From the IMG/VR virus record IMGVR_UViG_2974546594_000001, positions 1 to 57,535 of that record: DNA of 57,535 nt; one strand, given 5' to 3'. Source of the DNA: a virus. Lineage: Duplodnaviria > Heunggongvirae > Uroviricota > Caudoviricetes > Ackermannviridae. Below are positions 8,921-18,358 of the stretch, piece after piece; the stretch's first letter is position 1; each line of letters begins with the position of its first letter. A model generated the notes under the pieces. It saw nothing but the letters and a program-made list of their open reading frames with translations, had not been told where the DNA came from and made no database searches. The position numbers were made by a program, and so were the translations under genes.

Positions 8921-9254
8921 CCTTCACCTCGGCTTCGAGTTGGATATCTTCGGGGCTTACTACGGGCTGTCCCAGAGACCAGATAGGCAGGAAACGACGA
9001 TCATTCGTCACCAACCAAATTTGCTTGGCGGTTTTCGTCTTTTCGGAAATAAAATGCTGGGCATTGACTTGGGTACGAGCCAAACCCACCTGACGCCAAG
9101 AACCGAAATCCTTAGAAGAAGGATTGGTATTCAGTTGAAATTGTGGGACGATTTTATTCTGTTCCGGATAATAACGGACAGCGTTAATCATCTTCGCATC
9201 ACCACGGTAATCAATAGCAACAGCGACAACGTTGCGTGGAATGAGGATTTTCAT
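8904..9254 (-). CDS. Hypothetical protein (116 aa)
   Basis: Operonic ORF. Confidence 0.65.
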   Translation of the reverse strand: MKILIPRNVVAVAIDYRGDAKMINAVRYYPEQNKIVPQFQLNTNPSSKDFGSWRQVGLARTQVNAQHFISEKTKTAKQIWLVTNDRRFLPIWSLGQPVVSPEDIQLEAEVKDDASV

Positions 9255-9255
9255 T

Positions 9256-9459
9256 TTAATTCCTTTTGAAACTCTGAATTATGTTATAGACGAAAGGCGT
9301 TAATAAGATAGCACCCCCCAAATAATATAACGCGTAAACGTTCAATATTTCGGTTGAATCCAACTCAACGATGCCCAAATATTTCATGACACCGACAAGC
9401 ACAGCTGTGATACACATCACCAATCCGACGAACACAAAATATTTAGACATCTGTTTCAT
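9256..9459 (-). CDS. Small two-TM membrane protein
   Basis: Two hydrophobic stretches in 67 aa. Confidence 0.6.
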   Translation of the reverse strand: MKQMSKYFVFVGLVMCITAVLVGVMKYLGIVELDSTEILNVYALYYLGGAILLTPFVYNIIQSFKRN

Positions 9460-9461
9460 TT

Positions 9462-10355
9462 CTAACCCTTACTCAACAGGCCGAGAAGGGATACAGAGGA
9501 CTTTGTTACCTCTCCCTTGGCGCTCGCCTTGGTTTTAGATTTGGTCGCCTTCTCAGGGACTCGATGCGCTAGAGGATCATCCCCACCGACTTCACGCGTC
9601 ATTGGGTCAGTTTCACAGAATCCGTAGAAATCTTTGATGTCGAGATCGATCGCACCGATATCCATCTGGTATGCGATGGCATCACCAACAACCCAAAGAG
9701 GAGCATCAAACGGCATGACCGCTATTTCGCTGCGGTGGTCCATGTCATACACATTTTCATTAGGCTTCATATATACGATATCTTGACCGCTGTAAGCATC
9801 TTCTAATACATTCCAGCCCAGCGCCAGCATTTCAGCTTTCGACTTCTCAAACTCCTTGGAGTAAGATTCGTTGCGTGACCAGCCGGAGTCCCCTGCTTCC
9901 TTACCAGAGCGACCACGGATGCGTGCATCATACTGATAGCGGTCTGGGTATGCAAAATAAAGCAACGCCAGAGATTCAATCGGATAGTTCTTGAACATCC
10001 ATTCAGGACGCCATTTATCCGATAGCATGAGGGGTTCACCCTCGCACACCAAAGTGTAACCCTGAGCCAGCCAGCCTTTGACCAGATCACGGGCGATATC
10101 ACCCGAGCCTGTGGCAGCATGAATAGCATCCATGGAAGTCCAGGAAGCCAGACCGGATTTGTTGGACACAGTATACTGGCCAACGAAGATTAACTTCAGC
10201 TCTTCGAATTTCAGACCGAATGGGCGCGTCTTGTCGCCAATGGTGTAGGTGAGTTCAGTAGGCTCCAGCTTAGTGCGGAGCCATTCGATGAACTGAACAA
10301 CACGGGTGCCTTTACCCGTGCCAGAGGTTCCTTTCACTACAATTATTTTAGCCAT
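9462..10355 (-). CDS. P-loop kinase, putative 5-hydroxymethyluracil-DNA kinase
   Basis: N-terminal GTSGTGKGT Walker A, CEGEP; neighbourhood of aGPT-Pplase as in ViI-like phages. Confidence 0.65.
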   Translation of the reverse strand: MAKIIVVKGTSGTGKGTRVVQFIEWLRTKLEPTELTYTIGDKTRPFGLKFEELKLIFVGQYTVSNKSGLASWTSMDAIHAATGSGDIARDLVKGWLAQGYTLVCEGEPLMLSDKWRPEWMFKNYPIESLALLYFAYPDRYQYDARIRGRSGKEAGDSGWSRNESYSKEFEKSKAEMLALGWNVLEDAYSGQDIVYMKPNENVYDMDHRSEIAVMPFDAPLWVVGDAIAYQMDIGAIDLDIKDFYGFCETDPMTREVGGDDPLAHRVPEKATKSKTKASAKGEVTKSSVSLLGLLSKG

Positions 10356-10696
10356 TATGCATCTTCCTCAATACGCCAGCTCACACCGCCCAACCAGGGA
10401 GACCAGAAAACAGCAACCTGTGGACGTTCGTTTTCTACAAACTTCACTTTATACTGGTCTTCAAAGTTATAGAAAATTTCATCGTCATCTGGTGCCATAC
10501 CGTTTTCTATCAGAACACGCTTTAACTCCAGCGCCGCACCAACGGAAGTGGGTGTGGTTTGTTTACGAATGAAGTTGTTCACATGGATAATAACGCCATC
10601 CATATCGCTATCACCGGAACGCTTGTCTGGGGTTTCCCCAAACTTAGATTGTTCTTGCACGATGTCCTCCTCAACGGACGTATTGATAATGGCCAA
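10355..10696 (-). CDS. Hypothetical acidic protein (113 aa)
   Basis: Operonic ORF with overlaps. Confidence 0.6.
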   Translation of the reverse strand: MAIINTSVEEDIVQEQSKFGETPDKRSGDSDMDGVIIHVNNFIRKQTTPTSVGAALELKRVLIENGMAPDDDEIFYNFEDQYKVKFVENERPQVAVFWSPWLGGVSWRIEEDA

Positions 10697-11405
10697 TCAG
10701 GCGATTCACCACTTCGACAATATTCCGGTTCAGGAAGTCGAAGTGGTTCTGGCCTTCTACTGGTTTAATATAAAGCATATCTTCCGAGTTCGAAAGATCC
10801 AGTTTTTCATAATTTCCCTGAGGAACAAAGATGACAAAAATATTGTTCATCGCACAGGGTTCAACGTATTTCGGATTATCATCAATTAAAACATCACCTG
10901 CCAAAAGATGCTTTTCGTCGGTGCTGACAAACCCGTTGAAGATGCCAGGGAACTTGTCATAGACAAACTGGCGCTTGCTGCGCTCGTGTTCTGGCTCACA
11001 CTTAGATACTGCGATCAATTCAACATTTTCAAAGTCTTCGAGTAGGATCTTCTTCAGATTCACCAGGAACTCGTAAGCGCCTGGAAGCGGGTTCATCTTG
11101 GCATACAGGTCCGGCATGCGCCACCAATCCATAGGATCACGTCCTGTAGGTGAATCCATCCATTGACCAGCAACAAACACACGGCGTGTCAACCATGCTG
11201 GGTGAGCGCGTTCCCGCATGAGGATCGCCAAATCACCAGCATGAGCCATATAGCACTCTTTGGTGATACGCTGGAAATCATTGGGATAATCATGACAACC
11301 CATGTTTTCCGCAGCAGCTTTTGAATTGGAAATATTAAACCAATCCACCCAAGGGGAGAGGCTATCAACCAAAGTCAAGTCTACGTCTACCAGGATACGA
11401 TACAT
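10671..11405 (-). CDS. HAD-family 5'(3')-deoxyribonucleotidase (NT5C-like)
   Basis: ILVDVDLTL (DxDxT), LPGAYEFL, GDVLIDDNP; GGTGGA SD before MYRIL; alternative start 11453. Confidence 0.8.
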   Translation of the reverse strand: MYRILVDVDLTLVDSLSPWVDWFNISNSKAAAENMGCHDYPNDFQRITKECYMAHAGDLAILMRERAHPAWLTRRVFVAGQWMDSPTGRDPMDWWRMPDLYAKMNPLPGAYEFLVNLKKILLEDFENVELIAVSKCEPEHERSKRQFVYDKFPGIFNGFVSTDEKHLLAGDVLIDDNPKYVEPCAMNNIFVIFVPQGNYEKLDLSNSEDMLYIKPVEGQNHFDFLNRNIVEVVNRLIGHYQYVR

Positions 11406-11445
11406 TCCACCGATTTTAGAATTGGCATCATACAGACCAACATGA

Positions 11446-11808
11446 TTATTCATCAGACTTCTCCACTTGATCATAACCAGTTGCGGTGCATTGCTCTTCT
11501 GTGCAATCTGCATACAGAACCACAGAAGATTCCTTCACGTAAGTGGTGCAGTGATAGGTTTCATCTTCCTGGATGGAATCATCATAATTGCAAACAGTTT
11601 GCAACGGACCAGGAGTGGTGTTATCCAACGCAGCATGCGCCTTGATGGTGTCTTCCATCTTATTCACCGCTTGCTGATTGGTGAACGTCGGCGCATCGAG
11701 GTCAACCGAATCCAGAAGAGTTGCACATGCTGACAATGAAAACGCCATGGTCGTCACAGCGAACACCTGCATGATTTTGTAAAAAAGGACATCTTTTTTA
11801 AGTTTCAT
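11446..11808 (-). CDS. Putative lipoprotein
   Basis: MKLKK + hydrophobic stretch + lipobox LSAC; 4 further Cys. Confidence 0.7.
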   Translation of the reverse strand: MKLKKDVLFYKIMQVFAVTTMAFSLSACATLLDSVDLDAPTFTNQQAVNKMEDTIKAHAALDNTTPGPLQTVCNYDDSIQEDETYHCTTYVKESSVVLYADCTEEQCTATGYDQVEKSDE

Positions 11809-11836
11809 AACAATACCTGTTGTCAAAGGGATAACA

Positions 11837-11868
11837 GGGGGAATTATATCCCCCTTTGGTTTATTGAA
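11837..11868 (-). promoter_or_regulatory. TTCAAT-N14-TATAAT promoter; the -10 hexamer is exactly the loop of GGGGGA/TCCCCC
   Basis: TTCAAT AAACCAAAGGGGGA TATAAT TCCCCC. Confidence 0.8.
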
Positions 11869-14865
11869 TCAACCTTTCTTGCCCATCATGGACAACAGGT
11901 TAACTCGACGTTTATGAGACCAACCAACCACATCCAAGATAGACTGAATTGGCTCTATAAAGGTCTTTTCAAACGTGGTGTGGTAATCCACCCATTTATC
12001 CAATCCCAATTCTGGAGGAAGGAAGTCAGGGAAGGCTATGCGATCATTCCCCACAGGATTGCCAGGTTTCAGGTTGATGATTTTAACCTTATCACCGGAT
12101 TCGATAGGCGGAAGACCGAGATCTTCGTGCTTATCGATCAGCTTGTTGTACATAATACAAGCCTTGGCAGCGAAGTGCGTACCGCTGATGTAATTCCCGT
12201 TCGCGTCTAACCACTTCTCAATATCGCTCACACCAGATGCCTGAGCGATATCATCCACGGTGAGTTCCATATATTCCTTTTTGTATCCAGCGATTAATTC
12301 CTGAACCTCCGCCTCAGTACCGAGCAGGACTTTCTCATAACATTTGACAAGACGCTCACGACACCATTCCGGCGTTGTAGATTTACGCGCTTCCAGACCT
12401 TTGAATTTGATCTTTGGTTTCTCATACTTGATGCCTTCGCTATCGTATACTGCCATGCAATACATCTTCTTGGCTCGCCATACAGCAGACGATGCGATGA
12501 CCTCACGTTCCCAGACCATGCGCTGCTCAAACCCGTTCATGGTATTACACAGCAATTGCGCCCATTCACTAGTTTTTGGTTGGTAATTCTCTTTGATCCA
12601 TTGGTCGATGTTATCAACAAGTTTATGATGATCCTTTTCATCAGGCCATAATTGCTTGACCAGGCGTTCAATGCAAATATAATTGGAGTCTGTATCACCT
12701 GCGATAACAAAATCCTGACCAGTGGTGCCACAAAGTTTGTTCAGATAATCATCAGTGTGGCGTTTGTTCCATTTATTGATCAGCTGGCCGGAAGTGGTAA
12801 TTGCTTCAGCGATGTTGATGTTGAAGTATTCTTTAAACCAGACGTTAGAAATTGCACCATATCCTGCGTTCATCAAGATCTTCAGACCTTGTTGTAACGT
12901 ATCTTGGGCAACTCCCAAATCTTCCCACTTATGCATGACTTCAGTCAGGTGATCAAGGTCGATATGCTTGTGTTCTTCATACCATTCAGGATCGTAGAAA
13001 CGAGACTTCATGGCGGATTCAAGGTGGAAATCACCTTTAGACATTTCCTTACACCAACCAGCCCATTGCTCATACTTCAGGCCAGTTGCTTTCTCTCCTT
13101 TACGGTCAGCGTATATGCCTCGCATAATTTCGGAAAGGAAGGACATCTTCTCATTACTGAAGAACTGAACGTTCGGGGTAAACGAAACGTTATATCGGCG
13201 TAATGTTTCAAAATGGAATTCGCCCAGCGCGACCAATTCATCAACAACTTGTATGCGTTCATCAATAGCACGCTGCAACTTGTCGTGAAGATTTTTGAGA
13301 TGACGACGTTTATTCATCGGTGTTGTCATATCATTCATCGCTTTGGTCAATTCCTCACACATGGCCTCAATAATATCACGGCGTGTGTGCTTATCAGAAA
13401 CGATAGTCTCTGGACCAAGGTTGTATTGCTGTATGATGTGGGGATACAGGGAGTTTAAGTCCTCAGAGAAGACCCAGAAATATATCCCTGGTGCAACCTC
13501 CATGACATATGCGCCTTCAAAATCTGTTGGCCCATCATAGACGCGCTGGATTTTCGGGACAATCCCCTTCTCATAAAGACGATAGTAACACATCGCCAGC
13601 CATGGTGCTACAGTCCCAAGACCGTCTTCATAGTTAGATTTGGTGCGATACGCCAATACGAACATCAGCTGTATCAAACGCAGCTTTTGTTCTAAACGCC
13701 ACACGAGTTTGACGTCTTTGATACCATATCGGGTGTGTTTGCAATAATCATTAAAATATAGATCATACAATGACTTGCTTTCACTATAATCCAACTTCTT
13801 CTCACCGAGTTCACAATAAGCGATCCAATCCAGTGAGTATTTTTCGCGGGTTGTGTACGTGTGTTTCTTGTAAACTTGCATGTAGTCCATCATAGGACAA
13901 CCCACGAATTGATAAGAAGTCACGTCGCCTTTACGGTCTTTGATGAAACGTTTCTTGAGTTTGCCCCAAGGACTGAGGCGCTCTGCCTGAGTTTCACCGA
14001 GAACCTGCGTAATACGTTCAACCAAGTACGGGCTATCAAACGTTTCGATGTTCCAGCCAGTCCAACCATCAAATTGACGTTCAGACCAATAATCTAAGAA
14101 AGCGCGAAGAAGTTCTTGTTCAGTCGTGTATTCTTTGTATTCAACCTCAAGACCACCTATCTCTTCATCATTTGGATCATATTTGAATTTATGGCGATCC
14201 TTAGAACACGGCATACCCCAGACATAGAACTTGTTGGTGTTCATGTCTTGAAGCTGGATGAGCGTAATAGGGAAGGCGGCATTCATGTTCTGTGTGATCT
14301 TACCATTACTATCAATGATAGGGAACTGGTCAGTCACGTTGTTGGAAATAAAGGAACCTGGGAAGTGCTCTCGAACGAAATCATGGTTGGCCAACACTTG
14401 CTTATGGAATCGGCGAACACGCGCCTCGCTCCCCTTAAACGTGTGGGATTCAATCGTCGCGTGAGGAAATGGGCCTTTAGTCATTTCTCCATCGCGCCAC
14501 CCAGCCGAGAAAACTTCGATATCCACGTTGGCGATGTGAATATTTGAGTAATCGGGGGTAATCATCCCAGGAAAACTATGCGCTATGAATTGATATGCAT
14601 AATCCGTTTGTCCGTAAACAGCAGCGCCTTCGACCTCCTTATATTCCTCCAGATAGTTGTCGGCGTCACGCATTGACGCAAATTTTTTAGACACCAACGG
14701 TTCATTGAGGAGGCCAATCTTTTCAACTTTGGAATAATCGGCTGTGGGTAAATACAAGGTGGGTTCGAATTTCTTACGCAACATACGGCGATTACCGTTG
14801 TCGTCTGCAATACGAATCAGAAGGTCGTTACCCTGTCGGGCAACGTTCGTATAGAAAACAGTCAT
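11869..14865 (-). CDS. 43: Family B DNA polymerase (T4 gp43-like), 998 aa
   Basis: DIE, GWNIETFD exonuclease motifs; DLNSLYP, KILMNAGYG, GDTDS; real start MTVFYTNV (14865) rather than 15024. Confidence 0.97.
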   Translation of the reverse strand: MTVFYTNVARQGNDLLIRIADDNGNRRMLRKKFEPTLYLPTADYSKVEKIGLLNEPLVSKKFASMRDADNYLEEYKEVEGAAVYGQTDYAYQFIAHSFPGMITPDYSNIHIANVDIEVFSAGWRDGEMTKGPFPHATIESHTFKGSEARVRRFHKQVLANHDFVREHFPGSFISNNVTDQFPIIDSNGKITQNMNAAFPITLIQLQDMNTNKFYVWGMPCSKDRHKFKYDPNDEEIGGLEVEYKEYTTEQELLRAFLDYWSERQFDGWTGWNIETFDSPYLVERITQVLGETQAERLSPWGKLKKRFIKDRKGDVTSYQFVGCPMMDYMQVYKKHTYTTREKYSLDWIAYCELGEKKLDYSESKSLYDLYFNDYCKHTRYGIKDVKLVWRLEQKLRLIQLMFVLAYRTKSNYEDGLGTVAPWLAMCYYRLYEKGIVPKIQRVYDGPTDFEGAYVMEVAPGIYFWVFSEDLNSLYPHIIQQYNLGPETIVSDKHTRRDIIEAMCEELTKAMNDMTTPMNKRRHLKNLHDKLQRAIDERIQVVDELVALGEFHFETLRRYNVSFTPNVQFFSNEKMSFLSEIMRGIYADRKGEKATGLKYEQWAGWCKEMSKGDFHLESAMKSRFYDPEWYEEHKHIDLDHLTEVMHKWEDLGVAQDTLQQGLKILMNAGYGAISNVWFKEYFNINIAEAITTSGQLINKWNKRHTDDYLNKLCGTTGQDFVIAGDTDSNYICIERLVKQLWPDEKDHHKLVDNIDQWIKENYQPKTSEWAQLLCNTMNGFEQRMVWEREVIASSAVWRAKKMYCMAVYDSEGIKYEKPKIKFKGLEARKSTTPEWCRERLVKCYEKVLLGTEAEVQELIAGYKKEYMELTVDDIAQASGVSDIEKWLDANGNYISGTHFAAKACIMYNKLIDKHEDLGLPPIESGDKVKIINLKPGNPVGNDRIAFPDFLPPELGLDKWVDYHTTFEKTFIEPIQSILDVVGWSHKRRVNLLSMMGKKG

Positions 14866-14944
14866 TGTTTGTCTCCGGTTAACCGTGCCGTTAGCACGTC
14901 CCCGTAATTTAGCCGAGGAACGTTCAATGACCAAGGAGTTTATT

Positions 14945-15517
14945 ATGGCAATCCCCTTTGTGAGTATGATCCCAGGGGCGCTCAAGCAACTCTGGAACCT
15001 CGGGACTGATTTGATCCAATACAAGCGGGAAGTTGTTCAGGCCAAACACGATGTCAAGCTAGAGGCTATCAAGTCCTCCTCAGATTGGGAGCTGTCTAAG
15101 ATCACCGAAGTCGGCGGGTCTTGGAAAGACGAATTCTGGACTATCGTGTTAGCTGTTCCCGCTATCCTCGTCATGACTGCTCCGGTTGTGGAACTAATTC
15201 TGTTCCCTGATGAGTATCATAAAGGGGATTTCATCAAAGCAGTAATCGACGGCCTCCAGGCGCTCGATACCGCACCTGAATGGTATACCTATTCGTTATT
15301 GACAGCAATTAGTGCATCATTCGGTATCAAGGGGTATAACCATTACAAAAGCAACAGCCGGAAGGCGCAAGCTGTGGATGCTCTCAAGCAGTTTGGGGTC
15401 AAAGTGGTTAACAAAGATCCCACTGTTGTTACTCAGTCGGGTTCTCCCGATCTTGAGTCTGCTCCCCCAGCTGGGTCTACTGCGACCTCTGGTGCGTGGC
15501 CTGATCTGAAGAAATAA
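14945..15517 (+). CDS. Putative holin (GTA-type 3TM holin-like)
   Basis: W..SWKDEFWTIVLAVP, PEWY, SFGIKG pattern; GGAG SD before MAIPF. Confidence 0.6.
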   Translation: MAIPFVSMIPGALKQLWNLGTDLIQYKREVVQAKHDVKLEAIKSSSDWELSKITEVGGSWKDEFWTIVLAVPAILVMTAPVVELILFPDEYHKGDFIKAVIDGLQALDTAPEWYTYSLLTAISASFGIKGYNHYKSNSRKAQAVDALKQFGVKVVNKDPTVVTQSGSPDLESAPPAGSTATSGAWPDLKK

Positions 15518-15522
15518 GTTAG

Positions 15523-15547
15523 AGGGGAGGAAACTCCCCTTTCTTTT
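15523..15547 (+). terminator. Intrinsic terminator
   Basis: AGGGGAG-GAAA-CTCCCCT-TTCTTTT. Confidence 0.8.
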
Positions 15548-15558
15548 GGTGTTAAGGA

Positions 15559-15771
15559 ATGAAAGTGGTAAACAAGAGATTGCTCGTCACCCAAGGCGGG
15601 GCGACGATAGTGAGAGGAAGGATTTATGAACAAATTCAGCTGGGTGATCATAAGACACGCCTGACTGTCAAGGCACCGGACGGTGGATGGCCCACAAAGG
15701 TGGTTGTCCCCGACGGCCTCATAGAACGAGGGAAAGCAGTGTACAAAGGAGCAGAATTCAAAATTTATTAA
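15559..15771 (+). CDS. Hypothetical protein (70 aa)
   Basis: AAGGA SD, fills the gap. Confidence 0.6.
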   Translation: MKVVNKRLLVTQGGATIVRGRIYEQIQLGDHKTRLTVKAPDGGWPTKVVVPDGLIERGKAVYKGAEFKIY

Positions 15772-15776
15772 AATAT

Positions 15777-15817
15777 TTATTGAATAAAGTTTACTTCTTC
15801 AATAACTGGCGTATACT
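15777..15817 (+). promoter_or_regulatory. Sigma70-like early promoter (TTTACT-16-TATACT) with TTATTGAA/TTCAATAA inverted repeat
   Basis: Near-identical element at 53988-54028. Confidence 0.7.
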
Positions 15818-15866
15818 TCTAATTGTAGTACGAACAAACAACAATCTGAAGAGAAGGAAATACATC

Positions 15867-16424
15867 ATGGCAATCGAAATTATCGCTCAATCCAAATCCG
15901 GCAAAACTGTATTGTTCGGCACCGAAGAAGGCCGTGTAATCACCACTTTGGGCACAGTTGACGGCAGCAACCCCGTAAAAGGCGGTCGCTTCCTGGTTGA
16001 GTACGGTTCTCGTGTCGTGATGGTAAGTAAAATTGATGGGCGTGATATCACTGCTCCTCGTCAAGAATTCTTTGATTCACGTTCTGCCGCCATGCAATTC
16101 TTTTTCTTCCAGAAACGTCACGAACTGTTCGTTGAAGCGAAAGACGCAGGTCTGGACGACGCAACGGCTGAGCTGATTGCCGAAGGTAAAATGACTCTTG
16201 AGACTGCTCTGGGAGACATGGATTACGAAGCCGAAGCGCATTATATTGAATATTCCGCATATCAGAACGAATGTGAAGATGATCCGGAAGATGATGGATT
16301 TGATCCAGATCTTCACGGCGGCGAGGATGACAATACTCCTTCTCTGGAAGTTATCATGGCAGGTGGTCAGGCCGCTTGGGAATGGCAGAATGAAAAGAAC
16401 GCATGGTTGGATTCCCGCCTCTAA
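15867..16424 (+). CDS. Hypothetical early protein, acidic C-terminus (185 aa)
   Basis: GAAGGA SD before MAIEII; follows the early promoter. Confidence 0.75.
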   Translation: MAIEIIAQSKSGKTVLFGTEEGRVITTLGTVDGSNPVKGGRFLVEYGSRVVMVSKIDGRDITAPRQEFFDSRSAAMQFFFFQKRHELFVEAKDAGLDDATAELIAEGKMTLETALGDMDYEAEAHYIEYSAYQNECEDDPEDDGFDPDLHGGEDDNTPSLEVIMAGGQAAWEWQNEKNAWLDSRL

Positions 16425-16472
16425 TATGACAAAGCCCCTTCGGGGGCTTACTTTGAACTGAAGGACTATATC

Positions 16473-17015
16473 ATGAGCACCCCAAAAACTCCTGTCCGTA
16501 TTGCCGTCGAGCCTCTGCTGGTTGATGCTGAGAATGCTGCTGAGCAGTACGCGAACAAAGTCATCAAGAACATAATGGACGATCTGGCATCCAACGGCTG
16601 GGACGTCGAGAAGTGCGCTCCGTGGCCATCTTCGGTTGGTGTCAAGTTTGGTGATCCAGATTACCAACGAATGAAATCAAAACATGCGCTCTACCGTTCT
16701 TTGACCCAGGCAGTGAATCCTTCTTACATACCTGGGAAGCCGGATATTGTCAAAGCTGATCCTGAGCGCCATGCTCTGTTTGTCAAAGAAGCACGTCGAA
16801 ACGCTGCGATGCAATATGAGTCTTTCATTTGTAAACTGGAAGACAAAATTGGTGGGCACAGCGCGGCTGTGCTGAATGGTTCCCATATATGGGGTTATTC
16901 AATCCTAACCGTGACTACACCAGAGGGGATCGAGCGCTGGAAGACTCAGACGATTATCAATGTGTCCAAGCTGGGCAAACTCTTTAACCAATATCCAACG
17001 AGGAAGGTGAAATGA
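16473..17015 (+). CDS. Hypothetical early protein (180 aa)
   Basis: GAAGGA SD. Confidence 0.75.
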   Translation: MSTPKTPVRIAVEPLLVDAENAAEQYANKVIKNIMDDLASNGWDVEKCAPWPSSVGVKFGDPDYQRMKSKHALYRSLTQAVNPSYIPGKPDIVKADPERHALFVKEARRNAAMQYESFICKLEDKIGGHSAAVLNGSHIWGYSILTVTTPEGIERWKTQTIINVSKLGKLFNQYPTRKVK

Positions 17016-17386
17016 TGAAAAACTTCGCACAAGAATTACAGACTACGATTGACCAGGCTCAGATTTGGGAAGCCATGGGGATAGTTGAAAAAGCCGTTGA
17101 TATCTTTGTTTGCAAAATGAAGAAGCAACTCGTTTCCCAAGCAAATCGCGGAGTTGAAATTGATGACATGGTGTACGCTGTTGGTGGCCACAGGTTTGAC
17201 GAAATATTAACCGCATTTCAACAGGCATATAAGTCTCAAAAATACCCAACAGACAAGCAAGTCGAAAAGTTCAAAACATTGTTGGTGGCGAGTCTTCTGA
17301 AGGAAGGTTTGAAGTTCGAATTACACAAGGATGAAAGAACAGATGTCGTAACAATGAGATTCACAGTATACACAAACGATATCTAA
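17012..17386 (+). CDS. Hypothetical early protein (124 aa)
   Basis: ATGA overlap with the upstream gene. Confidence 0.7.
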   Translation: MMKNFAQELQTTIDQAQIWEAMGIVEKAVDIFVCKMKKQLVSQANRGVEIDDMVYAVGGHRFDEILTAFQQAYKSQKYPTDKQVEKFKTLLVASLLKEGLKFELHKDERTDVVTMRFTVYTNDI

Positions 17387-17387
17387 A

Positions 17388-17415
17388 ATAAAGGGGCTTA
17401 ATGCCCCTTTGTTTA
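17388..17415. terminator. Bidirectional terminator between convergent genes
   Basis: AATAAAGGGGC-TTAAT-GCCCCTTTGTTT. Confidence 0.7.
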
Positions 17416-17871
17416 TTTCCCATCCCAAAAGTCGTCTTCATCGTCTACTTCATCAAACGCAGAATCCAATTCTGCGTCAGAGTACTCTGGAAGGCGACCA
17501 TTCTGTTTCAGATATTCAATCTCGTCATCTTCCAATTGAAGATCCGTTGCTATAAACAGTGCTCCGGTCTCTTCATCATGTTCAATGCTATAAGACGTAT
17601 ATTCAGAACCCTGAACTGTAATGATGATAGATGTTGGATCTTCTGGATCCACGTGAGCTTCAAACGGGATACCGTCAATTGGGGCGTCTTCTAAGAATGT
17701 TGCAAGGGCTACGGCAGCGCGGACAACATCCGTGCCCTGTACCGATGCATAAATTTCTTCTGCGCCCGTTTCCCCGCGCTCAAAGAATTCAATCGTAGTT
17801 CCGTCTTGAACCCCAGTCCAGATAGGCATATCTGCTGGTGTATCGGCTTCAAATAATTTTGAAATTGGCAT
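17413..17871 (-). CDS. Acidic late protein, possible head internal/core protein
   Basis: CTAAATA at 17904-17910; very D/E-rich; N-terminal KLFE resembles a prohead-protease site. Confidence 0.6.
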   Translation of the reverse strand: MPISKLFEADTPADMPIWTGVQDGTTIEFFERGETGAEEIYASVQGTDVVRAAVALATFLEDAPIDGIPFEAHVDPEDPTSIIITVQGSEYTSYSIEHDEETGALFIATDLQLEDDEIEYLKQNGRLPEYSDAELDSAFDEVDDEDDFWDGK

Positions 17872-17906
17872 GTTCGTTTCCTCTATGGATAAACCTTATG
17901 GGATAT

Positions 17907-18356
17907 TTAGGCTTCTCTCTTCGCCAGCCCTGGTTTAAACACGACCATTTCTTCAACGTTATTAGCGCTCATAGAGGCTATGGAATCGAATCCTTTATTG
18001 ATAAGTTCCTTCACATTATCGTGAATCTTACCAGGTTCTATCCCCAACTCACGCATTTTGTTTTCCCAAACAGAAACGTTATTAGAATCTATCACCAGAG
18101 TCTTCTTGGCCTTAACACGAAATGCCATGACAACAGGTTCACCAGATTGACGATAGCGAGCGGCGTTTTCCGCGTAGATCTGCGCTTTTTCTGGATCCCC
18201 TGTCAGGTAAAATCCAGCACCCATCGTACCAGAGTCAGTCTGGCCAAATTTTTCAAAATCAAAGACGTCGAATTCAACATTCGACCCATGATATAAAACA
18301 ATATCCGTAAAATCGGGCAATGTTGATTCACGATAGAATTCTAGGAAGGTTTTCAT
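17907..18356 (-). CDS. ADP-ribosyltransferase-like protein (HYE clade, ART-PolyVal-like) with T4-type capsid-targeting sequence
   Basis: MKTFLEFYRE N-terminus; LYHGS, GAGFYLT.D...A..YA, GFDSI, EEMVVF.P. Confidence 0.7.
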   Translation of the reverse strand: MKTFLEFYRESTLPDFTDIVLYHGSNVEFDVFDFEKFGQTDSGTMGAGFYLTGDPEKAQIYAENAARYRQSGEPVVMAFRVKAKKTLVIDSNNVSVWENKMRELGIEPGKIHDNVKELINKGFDSIASMSANNVEEMVVFKPGLAKREA

Positions 18357-18358
18357 AG

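Noticed and set aside
14290-14510. Possible intein in the polymerase exonuclease domain (~70-aa insertion after DIE)
   Set aside because: No Cys/Ser start or His-Asn end; looks like an ordinary lineage-specific insertion
14865-15024. Extended N-terminus of DNA polymerase (track start 15024)
   Set aside because: Would overlap the divergent holin-like gene; GGAG SD precedes MTVFY at 14865
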